A stretch of 64,000 bases of DNA from Adineta vaga (Eukaryota; Animalia; Rotifera): contig CP075497.1 of the NCBI GenBank assembly GCA_021613535.1, positions 310,001 to 374,000 on the forward strand. The letters are read 5' to 3'. Of this stretch, positions 13,304-27,379 are shown piece by piece. Numbering within the stretch: the stretch's first letter is position 1; every line of letters starts with the position of its first letter. Below the pieces are notes generated by a model. The model made no database searches and was not told where the DNA came from. It saw only the letters and a list, made by a program, of their open reading frames with translations. Position numbers and translations under genes: made by a program.

Positions 13304-16300
13304 GAGCTAATTGCAAGTTTATTGTACCGTTGTATTTTTGAACGTAAAATTTCAATATCTCGAGTTCTACTCAACCAATCCTCTTGATTTTTTTATCATA
13401 TGCTCTACTAAGTAATTACAATCATCACTGAAAAAATCACTAAATTATCTTGGACCAGTCCTGAGATATTGGCTGCGCAACGTTCAAAAGTCCGATTTAT
13501 GCTGCCATCTTTCGGAGGAAAAGCTGTATGGTCAAGTGATTATGTGTCATTTGAACTTGACAGTTGGTGATATTTTTAATACTCAATCTACACTTCTCAA
13601 ATATGAAACTTGTTGATTCTTTCGATGTAGTTTTTCTTATAATTCCATCGCAATATCATGTGTACATGCAACTCTCTATTTTCGGTCACGCGAGATTAAA
13701 ACTCATTTTGCTACTCAGTGGTCCGCTCAAAACTAATCAGACTGGTGTCAAACGAAAGGCAGTTGATACTATATGAAACCACTACACACTATAAAAGAAT
13801 TGTCCTACTTCTTGTTAATAAAATATCTAAACTAAAATTCAAAAAGTCGAGTGACATACAAAATGTCACGCGAGATTCATCAATTTTTTTGGAGCACAGT
13901 TCTATTATACTACGCCAGAACACAACCAAACTTTCACCATTTTGACTACTCATTGTGGTCGATATCTGGTAAAAATATAAGAATCAGAAGACTTCTCTAT
14001 CGTGCGAAAGACGGAAAAGATTGTGAATATGTCACGCGAGATTTTTTTCAGAAATTTGTCACGCGAGATCTTTACGCATTTAATTACCTCATACATAAGT
14101 TTGGAACGAATGCTTTATATATGACTTAGTACCATATGTAAAGAGCTACGACGGGATATATGAGCTGACTCTACTTTGAATTTGACAGATGGGGAAAGTT
14201 ACAGGAAAACGTTAACGGGTATGCATACCTATTAATTATTCGCTTATTTTCAATTTTTAGAGTATAAATACATACATACAAATATATTTAAAATAGAATA
14301 CGCCGCTTTATTCTCTCGTCTAAACGAATTATGGTTTCTCCTGAGCATATTCAACGTTACAACTTGAAATACCGACAAAAACTTCAGCACCGACGAGCAA
14401 TATCGAAATCTTTTGACCTTCATTTTAAAGCGAAACAAAATGCAAGACAAAGAAAGTGTCGACAACAGAAAAAAGAAACTCAGAAAAAGGTAGCAACTGC
14501 TTCTGCATCTCCATCAAACAAAATAACCTCACGAAAGACCGAAGGAGCTAAACGTCGTCGAGTCAATGCCAGGAAATCGAAAAATCAAACTAAAAAATTA
14601 CTGAAAAAAGTTCAACAACTACAGAAAGAGAATCTGGTGACCAAAAGATTATTATCTAAACAACATTCAGCAAAAATGAAGAGTGTTAATACAACACCAG
14701 CTACATCACCAACACGTTTGTTCATTAATAATATTAGTCCATCAGCCAAGACACGTGCAACCAAACGATTACTTTCTGAAAAAGAAAATTTATCTCGTGG
14801 TTCTGTTTCAAAATTAAGAAAAATAGGTGTAAATTTATCCAACAATTACAATCCACCGTCTAATACACCATCAGCACTCCAAAAAGATATCGAAGACTTT
14901 CTATGTCAAGATGACATTAGTAAACAAGAACCTGATAAGAAAAAACAATTGCACGGAAAACAGATTAGATATCTATTGAACCATTTATCGACTATTCATC
15001 AACGATTTGTAACAGAAACTGGTAACAACTGTCATTACTCAACATTCACACGATATATTCCAGATTTTGTGGTAAAACCAAACGCCAATGATTGGGGTAC
15101 TTGCTTGTGTGTCACCTGTCTTAATCCTCAAATGAAGTTTGAAAAATTACAAAATTTAAAATCTCGATATTCAATTGTAAAATCAGTACTTATCGATGGT
15201 TTAACAGATATAACAGAGCTGGTTACAGATGAAATTAAAACAAAAGATTTCAAGAGTAATTTAGCAATACTCAAAGATGAACGATTCACTATAACATACA
15301 GTGAATGGATTAAGAAGAAGAACGACGAATCTAATATCTTGATCTCAACAAAAACAACGGTCACTTCATCTATTGCAGATTTTGTGGACAAATTCACAAA
15401 TGAAATCGAGGTATGCATGTAGAGTCATATTAGAAAGAAGGAAAACAATAGAGCGAAATTTGAAATTATCACAACTACAAGCATTCGCATTGTATGAGCG
15501 AAGCTCTTGAAAAGGGAAATATTTCAGTGTTCTTTTTACTATGAAGGCAATGATGATTTTTTTGTGTTCGTAGAATTTAACACATCATGTTGATCGAATG
15601 CGTCAACAATATCGAGCAGCAAAGAGTGCAAGACAAATGGCAATCGAAGAAGACGATGTTGTTACTATTCATTTAGATTGGTCCGAGAATTTTAACTTGA
15701 AGCAAGCACGTCCAGATAAAGGTAAATAACTGGGTAGTCGATCTTTACTTAAAGATTTAGATATTACAATGCTTAGAATAAAGTTTTCCTTTGCTAATCG
15801 TCGTACAGATTTTGCTATTCCTACGAATTATTATTATTGACAACTAAAGCATGTTTTTTTAGCTTCATATTACTATGAACAACATATATCAATATTAAGT
15901 GGCTATGTATGGAAAAAAGATGATTGTTATAGTTTTGGTTCTGTGTCCGATGATACTAATCATATGTCGGAAGCGGCATGGACAGCATTACAACCGATAT
16001 TGAACAATTTACAGAACAATTCGTCGAAAATTACCAAGTTAAATTTTATATCTGACTCACCTGTTTCTCAGTATCGAAACAAAACCACTTTTTATTTATT
16101 GAAACAATATGCTACGAGTAATGGAATTACGGTGAAATGGATTTACCTGGAAACTGGTCATGGGAAAGGTATTGCTGATGCTATCGGCGCAACTATTAAG
16201 AGATTGATGGATCAAGCTGTAGCATTTCATCCAGATGAATCTTATACAAACGCACTTGATCTGATTAATGATATTAAGAAAAACACGACTATCAAACTTT

Positions 16301-17071
16301 TTACTTATACGAAAAATGAAATTGACTCATTCAAGAAAAGTATACCATTACTGACAACTGTCAAAGGAACAGCATCATTTCACGAAGTCACGCTTAAACC
16401 AGATGGTAAATTTTATGCAAAAGATACTTCTTTTGGTGCTGAGCGATTGCTGAAAGTAGATTTTTAGATAGATATTGATTTTTTAGACTATACACTATTT
16501 CGTTTTATTTTATTTTTGTGAGTGATGTATAGGTGAAAACATAGATTAGTGCTGGCAAAGCTACTTATTTATCTTTTAGTTTTTTATATTAAACTGTATT
16601 ATGTATTTATCCTTGTCATTTTAACTAATAAAACTAGATAACAATTGGGGTCAAAGCATAAATATTGATACTAGAAAGCTTAAATTCATACGTCAAACGC
16701 AGACTATATCACGATTAAGTTCTTTAGGCACTCTATAAGATTTATATTCCGAACAATTCTCACACTAAATATCACATTAGTATACGTCGTTATGCACAGA
16801 AAACCCTTCTATCATATAACCACAAGTACTAACATCATATCCAAAAAAAAAGGATTTTCAATAGATATGCCAAAAACTTATATTTTGCGACTTTTATGCT
16901 ATTAGAAAATCTCTCCTATCTCGACTATTTTAATAGTGATAGTTGGGAAAATTTAATCCTATTCTCTTCTCATGTACTACTATAGAATGCACTATGCATT
17001 ACGTTCAAAATCAGAAATTTTTTTTTGTCGATTTTTTTTATCAAACGGTACAATAAACTTGCAATTAGCTC
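13304..17071 (+). mobile_element. Full-length Sola2-like DNA transposon (3768 bp)
   Basis: Perfect 28-bp TIR GAGCTAATTGCAAGTTTATTGTACCGTT at both ends, ATAT on both flanks within (TA)n, internal transposase. Confidence 0.88.
14331..16467 (+). CDS. DDD transposase (Sola2-like), 3 exons: 14331-15410, 15574-15721, 15863-16467
   Basis: Spliced frame is open. Motifs CLCxxC, LDWSENF, SDDTNH, ISDSPVSQYRNK, ETGHGKGIADAIG. Confidence 0.85.
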
Positions 17072-17490
17072 ATATATATTAACAAAGATCAATCGAAAAT
17101 TTAATCTTCTAAGAAACATATCATATGATTTAAAGTAGAAAAATATTTTTTAATTGTTTATAAAATATCTAATTTTATATTTCTTCTATTGAAATTCATG
17201 TGTCAAGGTTGATATACAAGAAAATAATTAGAACAAGTTAAGAAAAGAAAATTATTAATAGACATTTATTTTATGTTTTAATTATATATTTTTATTAATT
17301 TATATTTTATATAGAGAACAGAAACGAAAGAGAAATTATTTTTATTTTCATACATAGTTTGATTAATTATTTATTGTTTTTATTGATTTAAAACAGTTAT
17401 TTTGTCTATATATATATATATATATGAATAATTGTAATTTAACAAACCAATTTCTCTCATATTCAAGTCTTTTGATATACATTCATAAAA

Positions 17491-17751
17491 ATGTCTTCAT
17501 GTGGTGAATATGAATATTCTATTTGTTATTATCCTGATAGTCAAACTCATATAACATGTGTTGAACAATCTCCAACATATACTATACGTAATGAAGTCAT
17601 ACCAATTAGTTCTTTTGACGGTAGATCTTTGATCTGTTATCAAAAACCTGTGCGTTGTTGTGATATATATTCTCATTGTTGTACAAAATGTATTAAATGT
17701 TGTACCAACTGCATTACAATGGATTTAGGACCAAATGATGCTATTATATAA
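17491..17751 (+). CDS. Small Cys-rich protein (86 aa), unknown function
   Basis: aaaaATG start context, open frame in very AT-rich DNA, C-terminal CC..CCxxCxxCCxxC cluster, AATAAA near 17803. Confidence 0.5.
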   Translation: MSSCGEYEYSICYYPDSQTHITCVEQSPTYTIRNEVIPISSFDGRSLICYQKPVRCCDIYSHCCTKCIKCCTNCITMDLGPNDAII

Positions 17752-18339
17752 GAGTTTTTTTAATTTATTTCCATAGACTTTGTATTCTTTTCACATAATT
17801 AGAATAAACTTTTAGGAAAGAAACTTATTTTATATTTTTTTCCAAGAATTTCTTCATCATCATCGTTTCATTTTTGTCAACTCAAAAATAGAGTACACAT
17901 ACAACTACATCCGATTGAGCTATTGGAAAAAAACGTTGTTCTTATCTTGTGAGAAAAATCTGCAACAAGCCAAAATAATATACAAATAAGCAGAACGATA
18001 GTAGAGAGAAGATTCAAAGTATACTGTACAAAAAAAGTGAAGATTAATCAACGGTTACGTCGTTTTTTATGTCAACGTATAATAAACCCATTTTTAACCG
18101 TATTTGACGAAACTATAGACTTTTTTTTCGTTTATGAGATATTTCGAAAATGGATTTATTTTACGTTGGAAATTCATAAAACTTTATTTCTTTAGAATAA
18201 TAATGATGAGTCGAGTTGACACATCAAACATGACCTTGTACACGAAAGATACGACAAACGGACGAGCATATTCGACCAAGACGACGTATATTTCAAAATT
18301 ACGCACTTTTATGGTTAGACAATGGGATTGATCTGTCAA

Positions 18340-19260
18340 ACAAAGAATATCAGTTATTCATAATGCTTCTCAACTTTGATAGAATTTATATATTTAGTAA
18401 TATTACATGTCAAGAAGAACAATGGATAAAGCCATGGTTTAAAATCAATGATGTAAATGAAGTCTGTATGTGAAGCACTACGTTTAGCTACGAAAGAATC
18501 CAATCAAAATTCCATCGCGATGAGTTTTATATCAACAAGTCGTGATCCATCAGTTTCAACTTGCTTGGTCGAAAGTTCTGCAGACAAACTGAATACAGTG
18601 GACATCCTATTTAAAATGTTTATCCATCCTTCTGTATCAACAATTCCATTTGCTTCTATTCGAGATAGAAGTTAAAGAAGAAACTTCATGGAGACGATTG
18701 GGAAAGTTAATGATCAGAATAGGCCAATTAAACAAAGCTGAAATACTCTATAATTCACTAATGGATCATGCTTGTTGTGAAGGTGAAAAAGCTCTTGATC
18801 ATATAAATCTTGCTGTACTCAAAGCGAAGCAAAATCATCCTCAGAAAGCTATTGATTATTGGTAAATAAGTAATTGAATTTTTAGAAAAAAACGTTTCTT
18901 ACAATTCGATAGGTGTGGCATATCATCAGATGAAAAATTATTCAAATGCTCTTGCATCTTTTCAAATGAGTTTGTCGATTCCTTTCTATCATAAAGCATT
19001 TGTGATCATGAAAAAAACTCTTCATCCAAATGATCTTGATTTAGCCACTTATTACAATAACATCGGTGGAATCTATAGTGAAATAGAAGAATATCCAAAA
19101 TCATTAGAATTTTACAAAAAAAGAACTTGAAATCTTTGAAAAACGGTTTCTCTCAAATCATCCCTCACTGTCTGTTCTCTATCTTAACATTAGTATGGTA
19201 TACAAGAGCATGATACAATACTCAGAAGCAATTGCATTTTGCAAAAAGGGATCTTGTAAT
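18340..19260 (+). pseudogene. Decayed ART-TPR protein gene
   Basis: Fragments FISTSRD..ILFKMFIHPSVSTIPFASI (ART-like), WRRLGKLMIRIGQLNKAEILY and LHPNDLDLATYYNNIGGIYSEIEEYPKSLEFYKK (TPR), broken by frameshifts and stops. Confidence 0.75.
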
Positions 19261-19643
19261 TATTGAACAAACCAATTCTTTTTTTGACTAACTACAAAAT
19301 GAAACATATCTAGATACTACAAAACTTTTTTCATACCGTGTATTTTAAAGAGTCTATGTTTTAACATCAATTCCTCATTTCTTCAATGATATTTTGATGA
19401 TAATTATCACCTTTCACTTCCAGCATATAATTCTATTACGACTTATTTCTTTTCTGCAATGTTCTTATTTTTCTGCAATGTTCTTATTTTTCTTTGACAC
19501 ACACACATACACACATAGTACGAATGCGTTCACCTTGTTTTCTTTTTTTGCGTCTTACGATTACATTAACATTATTTTTCCTTCAATACAAAATAGTACG
19601 AATGCGTTCACCCTGTTTTTTTCTTGGCAAGTACGTCATATGG

Positions 19644-19677
<34 letters not shown>

Positions 19678-19733
19678 CGAAACATTTTAACGATTCGTTA
19701 CACAATAAATCTAATACTTTTGTAAAACTAAAT

Positions 19734-20846
19734 ATGTGCTCTGCATCATCTCAATATCAAACAATGCCGGAACGTCAATTAGGTAAAAATGGTCCAAAAA
19801 TATCAGCTATTGGTTTTGGATTAATGGGTTTAGTTTCATCACCTGGAATTTCAACATCGGATGATGAAAGATTTAAAATCTTGGATCGTGCTATTGAACT
19901 TGGTTGTACTTATTTTGATAGTGCTGATATATATGGTGATAGTGAAGATTTATTAGGAAGATATTTCAAGAAATATCCAAATCAACGTAAAAAAGTTCGA
20001 TCAAATATTTTATTTTAGAATGAATTTTAAAAGATTATTTTTTTTAATTTTAAGGTACTTCTTGCAACTAAGTTTGGTAATGTAGTTAGTTCTGATTTCA
20101 GTTCTCTTTCAGTTCGTGGTGATGCACAATATGTTCGAGAAGCATTTGAAAAAAGTTTAACAAGACTCAATCTTGATTCAATCGATTTATACTATGTACA
20201 TCGTATTGATAAAAAAGTACCTATTGAAGAAACAATAAATGTTTTAAAAGAATTTGTTCAACAAGGTAAAATCAAATATATTGGTTTATCTGAATGTTCA
20301 AGTGATACACTTCGACGAGCATATAGAATTCATCCAATTACTTGTGTACAAGTTGAATATTCACCATTTAGTTTAGATATTGAAAAACAAGAAATTGCTC
20401 TTTTAAAAACATGTAGAGAACTTGGTGTAGCAATTGTTTGTTATTCACCTCTTGGTCAAGGTATTCTTACAGGAGGAATTAAAAGTCCAGATGATTTTCA
20501 ATCAAATGATTATCGAAGATTTTATCCACGTTTTTCCAAGGAAAATTTTCCCAAAAATCTTGAATTAGTCAACAAATTGATACTAATTGCTAAGAAGAAA
20601 AATTGTACACCAGGTCAATTAACATTAGCATGGATTCTTTCTCAAGGTAATGATTTTATTCCAATACCAGGTACACGCAGAATCAAATATTTAGAAGAAA
20701 ATTTTGCAGCAACTCAAATTAATTTAAGTAAAGAAGAACAACATGAAATTCGAGTAGCTTGTGAAACAGCCGATATAGTAGGTGAACGTTTTCCGGAACA
20801 TCTATGTGTCAATTTATATGCCGATTCAGGTCCTAAGAAAAACTAA
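19734..20846 (+). CDS. Aldo-keto reductase (yakc/AKR13-like); exons 19734-19994, 20055-20846
   Basis: RQLGKNGPKISAIGFGLMG, DSADIYG, ATKFG, IDLYYVHR, IGLSE, YSPLG, PIPGT; catalytic D-Y-K-H present. Confidence 0.92.
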
Positions 20847-20898
20847 AATATTCTTATGAAATATTTAATTTAATTTTATTTGAAAATAATAAATAAAA

Positions 20899-22353
20899 TT
20901 AAGAAATATGTAAAACAGTTTGTATAAGTGGTGTTATTTGATCAATAGTTTGTGATGCTCTTATTTGTATATTAATAAATTCTCGAAATATTGTAGTACA
21001 TGTTTGAAGTCGAAAAATGTCTGTAATCATACGAGTAAATTGTTTATATGTTTTTATTTCACCTTGTTTATCAATTAAATAATTCCAAAGTATTTTTATA
21101 TAATAAGATTGAGCTCGATATACAGATAAAGAATTGTTAAGTGATGGTTCATTTTCATTCATTGATAAACCTTTAGAAAATATAAGAATAATCGTTAAAA
21201 GAGAAACTAATACTAAATCTTCATTAAGTGTTTCCATAGAAGAAATCATTAAATGAATTATTTTTGTATATATATTACTTGATGGATCACATATATTATA
21301 AAATTGACGTTTATTATCTGCTCCATCATATTCTTGAGAAGAATTCGATTGATTTATAGGTTTACAATTGTAACATAGAATGATACCAAAAAGTGAAAGA
21401 AGATTATATTTAATTAAAATAAAACGATCATCAGTATTTAAATTTTCAAATTCATTAATTAATCGACAATATTTAATAATATGAAGAGCAAGTTTATTAT
21501 GTGATTCTGACCAAGAGATTAATGCAGAAACACGATCAGTTAAATCAATTAGTTCTTTAGGTCCTTCTAATTGATTTTGAAAAATTAATAAAAAATCTGA
21601 TTGAATTGTATCAATAATAATCAAATCTTCAACTGTTAATGTTTCTAAAAATATATTTTTATCATTATTATTAAATGTTTGAGAAATACATGTTGATAAA
21701 ATATTTTGATTTTTTTCAAAACCTTTTCTTCGTTGTATTTCTTTTTGACTTAAAATAAAATTTGTTTTCATTCCCATTGCAAAACATCGAGTTAATCGAC
21801 ATCGATGACATTTTGAACGTTCTCCATTTACAATTTTACATTGATTTTCATTTCTTGAAGAACATTTTAATTTTGTCTAAAAATAAATTTAATTAAAAAA
21901 AATGAATCAAAAAATAAACTAACCAAATCTTGATGAGCATAACGATGAAAAAATGCTTTACATGATGCACAAGAAAGAACATCGTAATTAAATCCAATTG
22001 CACGATCACCACAAATTTTACAAATTAAATCGATTGATTTTCTTGATAATTTTCTTCGTTTTTCTTGATCATCTTGATCTGCATCGAGTGCTCGTTTATA
22101 TATTTGATCATTATTTGAATCCTATGAAAATATATTTATATGATTAATTAACATTTTAAATATTAAATATACGAACAAGTTCTGATAGACCAGCAAGAAG
22201 AGTCCAATTGATAATATTATTATTTATCATTGAAGTAACTTGTTTAGGATCATCTAAATCAATAATATGTGTATCTGAGACTTGTTTTGAAGCTATTTCA
22301 TCAACTAAACCTTCATTTGATGTTATAAATATCATTTTAGTTTGTTTTGTCAT
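20899..22353 (-). CDS. Nuclear hormone receptor (NR1-like), 3 exons
   Basis: C4 zinc fingers CKICGDRAIGFNYDVLSCASCKAFF and CHRCRLTRCFAMGMK; LBD signature INEFENLNTDDRFILIK. Exons ~22353-22177, 22121-21924, ~21877-20899. Confidence 0.92.
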
Positions 22354-23016
22354 GATTTTTCAATGTATGAGCTTTATTTTCTTAGTTTTTATTCAACAAG
22401 GTTAATGTTAAATAGAATGAAAACAACAACAACAACTGCGTTGGTTGAGAAAAGAAGAAAAAAAAACAGCGTGAAGAAAAGAAGAAAAACACGCAAAAGA
22501 AAAAGAAGGAAGAAAAATAGTAATTATGTTTCATCATTACAATGCATTTCTTTATGTGAGTACGTTCACGTTAACAATTGTACTGTAGATTTTTATTTAC
22601 TGAACATTTATTTATAATCATTATGTGTATTCAGTAACGACTGATAGATAAAATATCATTGAAAGATATTTGCAGTTCGTTTAAATGACTAAAAGAATAA
22701 ACTAATTTAATAATTATTGACAAAGAACGCTCAGGGTGTGCATGTGAGTGAAGCAGAGATACCATGACTCACATCCACACCCACCCTCAAATTCTTGCTC
22801 GAGACAGAGTCACTTTGAGTATGTAAAACGTGAGTATCATAACAACATTCACATCCATATCATATTCATCTATTTTGTTCTTTGTTTTCTTTTTTCTTCA
22901 TTGGATATATTTTTACATGTCGTGACAAAAATGTACGAAAGGAAAGAAAGAAAATACCAATAGATCATTATTTTTCTCATGTTGTCTTCATTCACTTATT
23001 CGTCACTTCTTCAGAG

Positions 23017-23265
23017 ATGAAAGTCTCTGTAAAAACACTTGATAACTTCATTATGTCATTCGAAGTGAAACCATCAGATTCCATCGAAACACTGAAAATT
23101 CAAATTGAAAATATGATAGGCCTACCACCTTATCGTCAACGCATTATATACCGAGGTCAACACCTCGATAGTCTTCGTACATTCAACGACTATAATATTG
23201 AAGATGGAAGTGTAATTCATACGACAATTCAAATTAAAGATTTCAATCTCCAAAAATCGTCGTGA
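23017..23265 (+). CDS. Single-domain ubiquitin-like protein without C-terminal GG
   Basis: MKVSVKTL..FEVKPSDSIETLKIQIENMIGLPPYRQRIIYRGQHL..RTFNDYNIEDGSVIH. Confidence 0.8.
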   Translation: MKVSVKTLDNFIMSFEVKPSDSIETLKIQIENMIGLPPYRQRIIYRGQHLDSLRTFNDYNIEDGSVIHTTIQIKDFNLQKSS

Positions 23266-24132
23266 ACATTTAATAATCAGGGCTAAAATAGAATTTTTTT
23301 TAATAAGTCATTTTTGTACTTTGATTATTTCGATACTAATAAAAATCGATCGTAAAATAGTCAACAAAATGATTAATCATCTTTGGCGCGTTTTGTTCTG
23401 TGATATATATGATTTAGTTCTTATGATCGTATGCTTGTCATCTGTATCTGTAGAGTTGTACTCTATAGTGTGAGTATTAGTTATATAGCATACATCAATA
23501 TATTATATTGATTTGTCTCTTTCTCTCTCTCTCTATATATATATATATTTATCATAGTTGAGAGAGGATCTATCTCATTTATTATCATTAATTATCTAGC
23601 ATTGAGCTAGCCGTATATCTGAGCATTTTAACCTTACCTTTCTCTCTGGAGACTATTACAGAAAATCTAACAACATCACATGTAGTGACAATTCAAACAT
23701 TGATAAATATATTATTGTGTCTTCTCATCTCAGTCGTATCAAATCATTACTTGAAATATTTTACACAAAACATCACGAAAAAGCACAGTGCATATTTAGA
23801 GATTAAGAAGTCGTTAGATACACATCCTACCATCTGAGTTGTTCTCTAATTCGTCATTTGCAAAGCAAAAAACGTCACCCGATGTGTTGCTATAACTGCA
23901 TTGATACGATTGTTCGTTCTCTTCAATTGACCATAGATAGCCATAATCTTCTGTGTAATTTAATTTTTAAAACCAACATTTATCTTATCAGAACTTTCAT
24001 TCATCTGGTTTTTTTTCACATTCTTTGTTTATGAGATATCAACGAATGACATAGAAGAAGAGAAAAGAATAGAAGTATTATCTTTTCATAAGTGAAGGTC
24101 AACAGACAACAATTTTTGTTATAGAATTTAAA

Positions 24133-26763
24133 ATGTATCTCGGTTGGATTGATTATGGAGTTTTAATTGTACTATTGAGTAGGATTATACATCGAATGGT
24201 ATCTTCAATGAAACTAACTGTTATTTGTGTAATATTTTTAGTTTCCTCTGGTGGTATTGGTATTTATCACGGTTGTGTAAGATCAAAACAAGTATCAACA
24301 AAAGAATTTCTTGTTGCTGATGGTCAAATGAGAGTAATATGAAAATTATTTGAAATTAAATTAATATGTTTATTCTTTATTTGTATAGATATTACCAACA
24401 GCAATGAGTCTATTAGCAAGTATAACATCTGCTGCATCTCTTCTTGGAATGCCTGTTGAAATCTATTATTATGGAACAATGTTTATCTATTGTAGTATGT
24501 TATAAAAGAATGAATTGATTTAATTTAATTTGATAATTTCTTTTTAAAGTCATTTCATGGTTTCTTGCAACATATTTAACAATGAAATTTTTCATTCCAA
24601 AATTTCATTTAATTGGAAATATTAGTATTTATGCTGTAAGTATTTAACGAATATTTCTATAAAATAAAAATCTTTTAAAATTTAAGTATCTTGAACAACG
24701 ATTTTCATTAACAATTCGTATATTGGTTACATGTAGTTTTATTTTAGTTACTGTAAGTATAAAAATATTGATTATATTTTTGAAAATAAAAATTGATCTA
24801 TTTTAAGATTCTTTATATGTCTGTTATTCTATATGGACCAAGTTTAGCTTTAAGTCAAGTAACTGGATTAAATATTTGGATTGCAGTTGGATTATGTGGA
24901 GTCATTTGTACGATTTATACGAGTATTGTAAGATATTATATTTGTATAAATAATTAGATTTTCAAATGAAATTGTATATAGGGAGGAATGAAAGCCGTCA
25001 TTTGGACTGATGTTATTCAAGCATCAATTATGTTTCTTGGTCTTATTTCAACTATTATACTTGGTATTATTGTTATTTTTTTAGAAAATAAAATTTCAAT
25101 TTTTATTTTAATTAAAACATTAAAAGGTTTAATTGATGCTGGTGGAATATCAAAAGTATTTGAAATAGTAAAAAATGGTAATCGATTACAATTTTCAGTG
25201 TTTGTATAGATTTTAATAATTAAAATTTTGAAAATGAAATTTAAATATTTAAAGTATTTCATTTGATCCATCTATTCGTTATACAATATGGAGTATATTA
25301 ATTGGAACAACATTTTCTAGTACAGCTCAATATGCTTGTATTCAAACTCAAGCACAAAGATATATGTGTGTTAAAGATACAAAATCAGCACAAAAGTATA
25401 TTTTAGAAATAAAAATTCATTTATTTTTTCTTATTAAAATATATTTTGTTTTATTAAAGAGTAGCTTGGACTAATTATATAATGAATGTTATTATGCAAA
25501 TGCTTTGTTTATGTGTTGGATGTTTACTTTATGCTAAATATAGTCAATGTGATCCTCTTCGAGCAAAAATTATTTCTCGACCAGATCAAGTAAAAAGAGA
25601 AAAGAGAGAAAGATAAATTCATTTATTATTTAGATGTATCCATTATTTGTTATTGAAACATTAGGAAAATTTCCTGGTTTAACAGGTCTTTTTATTGCTT
25701 GTATATTAAGTGCAACATTAAGTACATTTTCAAGTGGAGTAAATAGTATTGCAACAGTTATTCTTGAAGATATTTATAAAAGATTATCAAATAAAATTGA
25801 AATATCAAATAAACAACAAGTTATTCTTTCAAAAATATTATGTAAATTATATTAATAACAATTCTTCAAGATATTTATTTTCTTTTATTGATTATATAAT
25901 ATAGCGGTGTTAGTTGGTTGTTTAACTGTATTTATGGCATTTATTGTTTCTTATATGAAGAGTAATATTATTACAGTAAAATAATATCTTTTTTTTTAAT
26001 ATTTATTTCATCACTTTTTTCTCTTTATTTAGATAATTGTTCAAATATTTGGTGCATTTGTTGCTCCTATTCTTGGTTTATATTTACTTGGATTATTTTC
26101 ATCACGAGTTAAAACTCCAGTAAAAAATAACGAATTTATATTTAAAAAAAAAACAAATAAATTCCTAATAATATTTAGAGTGCATTAGTATCTTTCTTTC
26201 TTTCATTAATATTTCAAATCTTTGTACTTTTTGGATCAATATTTACTGATAAACCATTGAATAAACAAGGAGGAAGATTACCTACTTCTATTCATGGATG
26301 TATACCATCGTCTATTAATAATATAACTATTTCAACAACAACAACAACAACAAATCGTAGGTAATGATATATTAAAATGAATTTAATTTACTTCAAATGA
26401 ATTGATCTTTATTCTATATAGTTATCATGTATTAATGCCTCTTTTTTCTATATCACCTCTTTGGTTTATTTTTAATGGAACTATTCTTACTATTGTTTTA
26501 GGAATGATTTTTACTTTTATTCTTGGTAAATTTATTTTATTTAAATTTAAAAGTTGGAAAAAATTATTTTTTTTAATTTAGATTCAAAAGATACAAAAAT
26601 TATTAATCCATCTTTATTAATATCTCGAAATGAAATATTTTCATGTTTTTCATCAAGAAAAGTAAATATTCTTAATATTTCATATCAAATATTTTCAATG
26701 TTTTTCTAGGAAAAAGTCAAACGAACAGATGGAACTATGATCGAACAGGAAACTATGCTTTAG
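24133..26763 (+). CDS. SLC5 sodium:solute symporter (SMCT/SMVT-like), many short introns
   Basis: EFLVADGQM, PTAMSLLAS, YLEQRFS, GGMKAVIWTDVIQ, QRYMCVK, CDPL..RPDQ, FPGLTGLFIACILSATLSTFSSGVNS; stop at 26761-26763. Confidence 0.92.
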
Positions 26764-27379
26764 AACAAACTCGAAGAAGAAAAAGGTTCTAATTATATTG
26801 TTTATCCACTCTCTATATAAATACAACAACATGTTTTTCAAATAAAATTCTTGATTTATTTGTTTCTTTCAAGTGCATAGTATTTATTAACTGTTCCTCC
26901 AATGAATCTTACTTGAGAACTAACAAATTTTTAATTTTCTAAATAATATTTACTACGATACATCGACATCTGTAAAAATCGCCAGAGCACAAGAAATATC
27001 GAGTATTTATCTTCTTTTCTCCTAAACAAGTTTTCACAAACTTCTACACGTCCAAAGGTCAATACTCTATATCTGAAGTAATATTATAACTCCGATATTA
27101 ATTAATCTAAACATTTCAAGTTCATATCTTCTGAAAAACAGATCATATAAGGGATGAACACCGGGGGGGAATATTATCTTGTTAGAGAATAGATTATAGA
27201 TAGGGATGTAATTATTTCTTTTTAAAAATAAACTCATTAGTTTCAGACTGTTTTTCATAGATCTATAGATGAATAATCTTATTCTTTGTAACATTCCCAT
27301 TAAAAAAATCTTTTACAAGAGAAACAAAGTGATAAAATATTTCACATATATATTCTCTTATTTGTCTTTTAACATTTGA

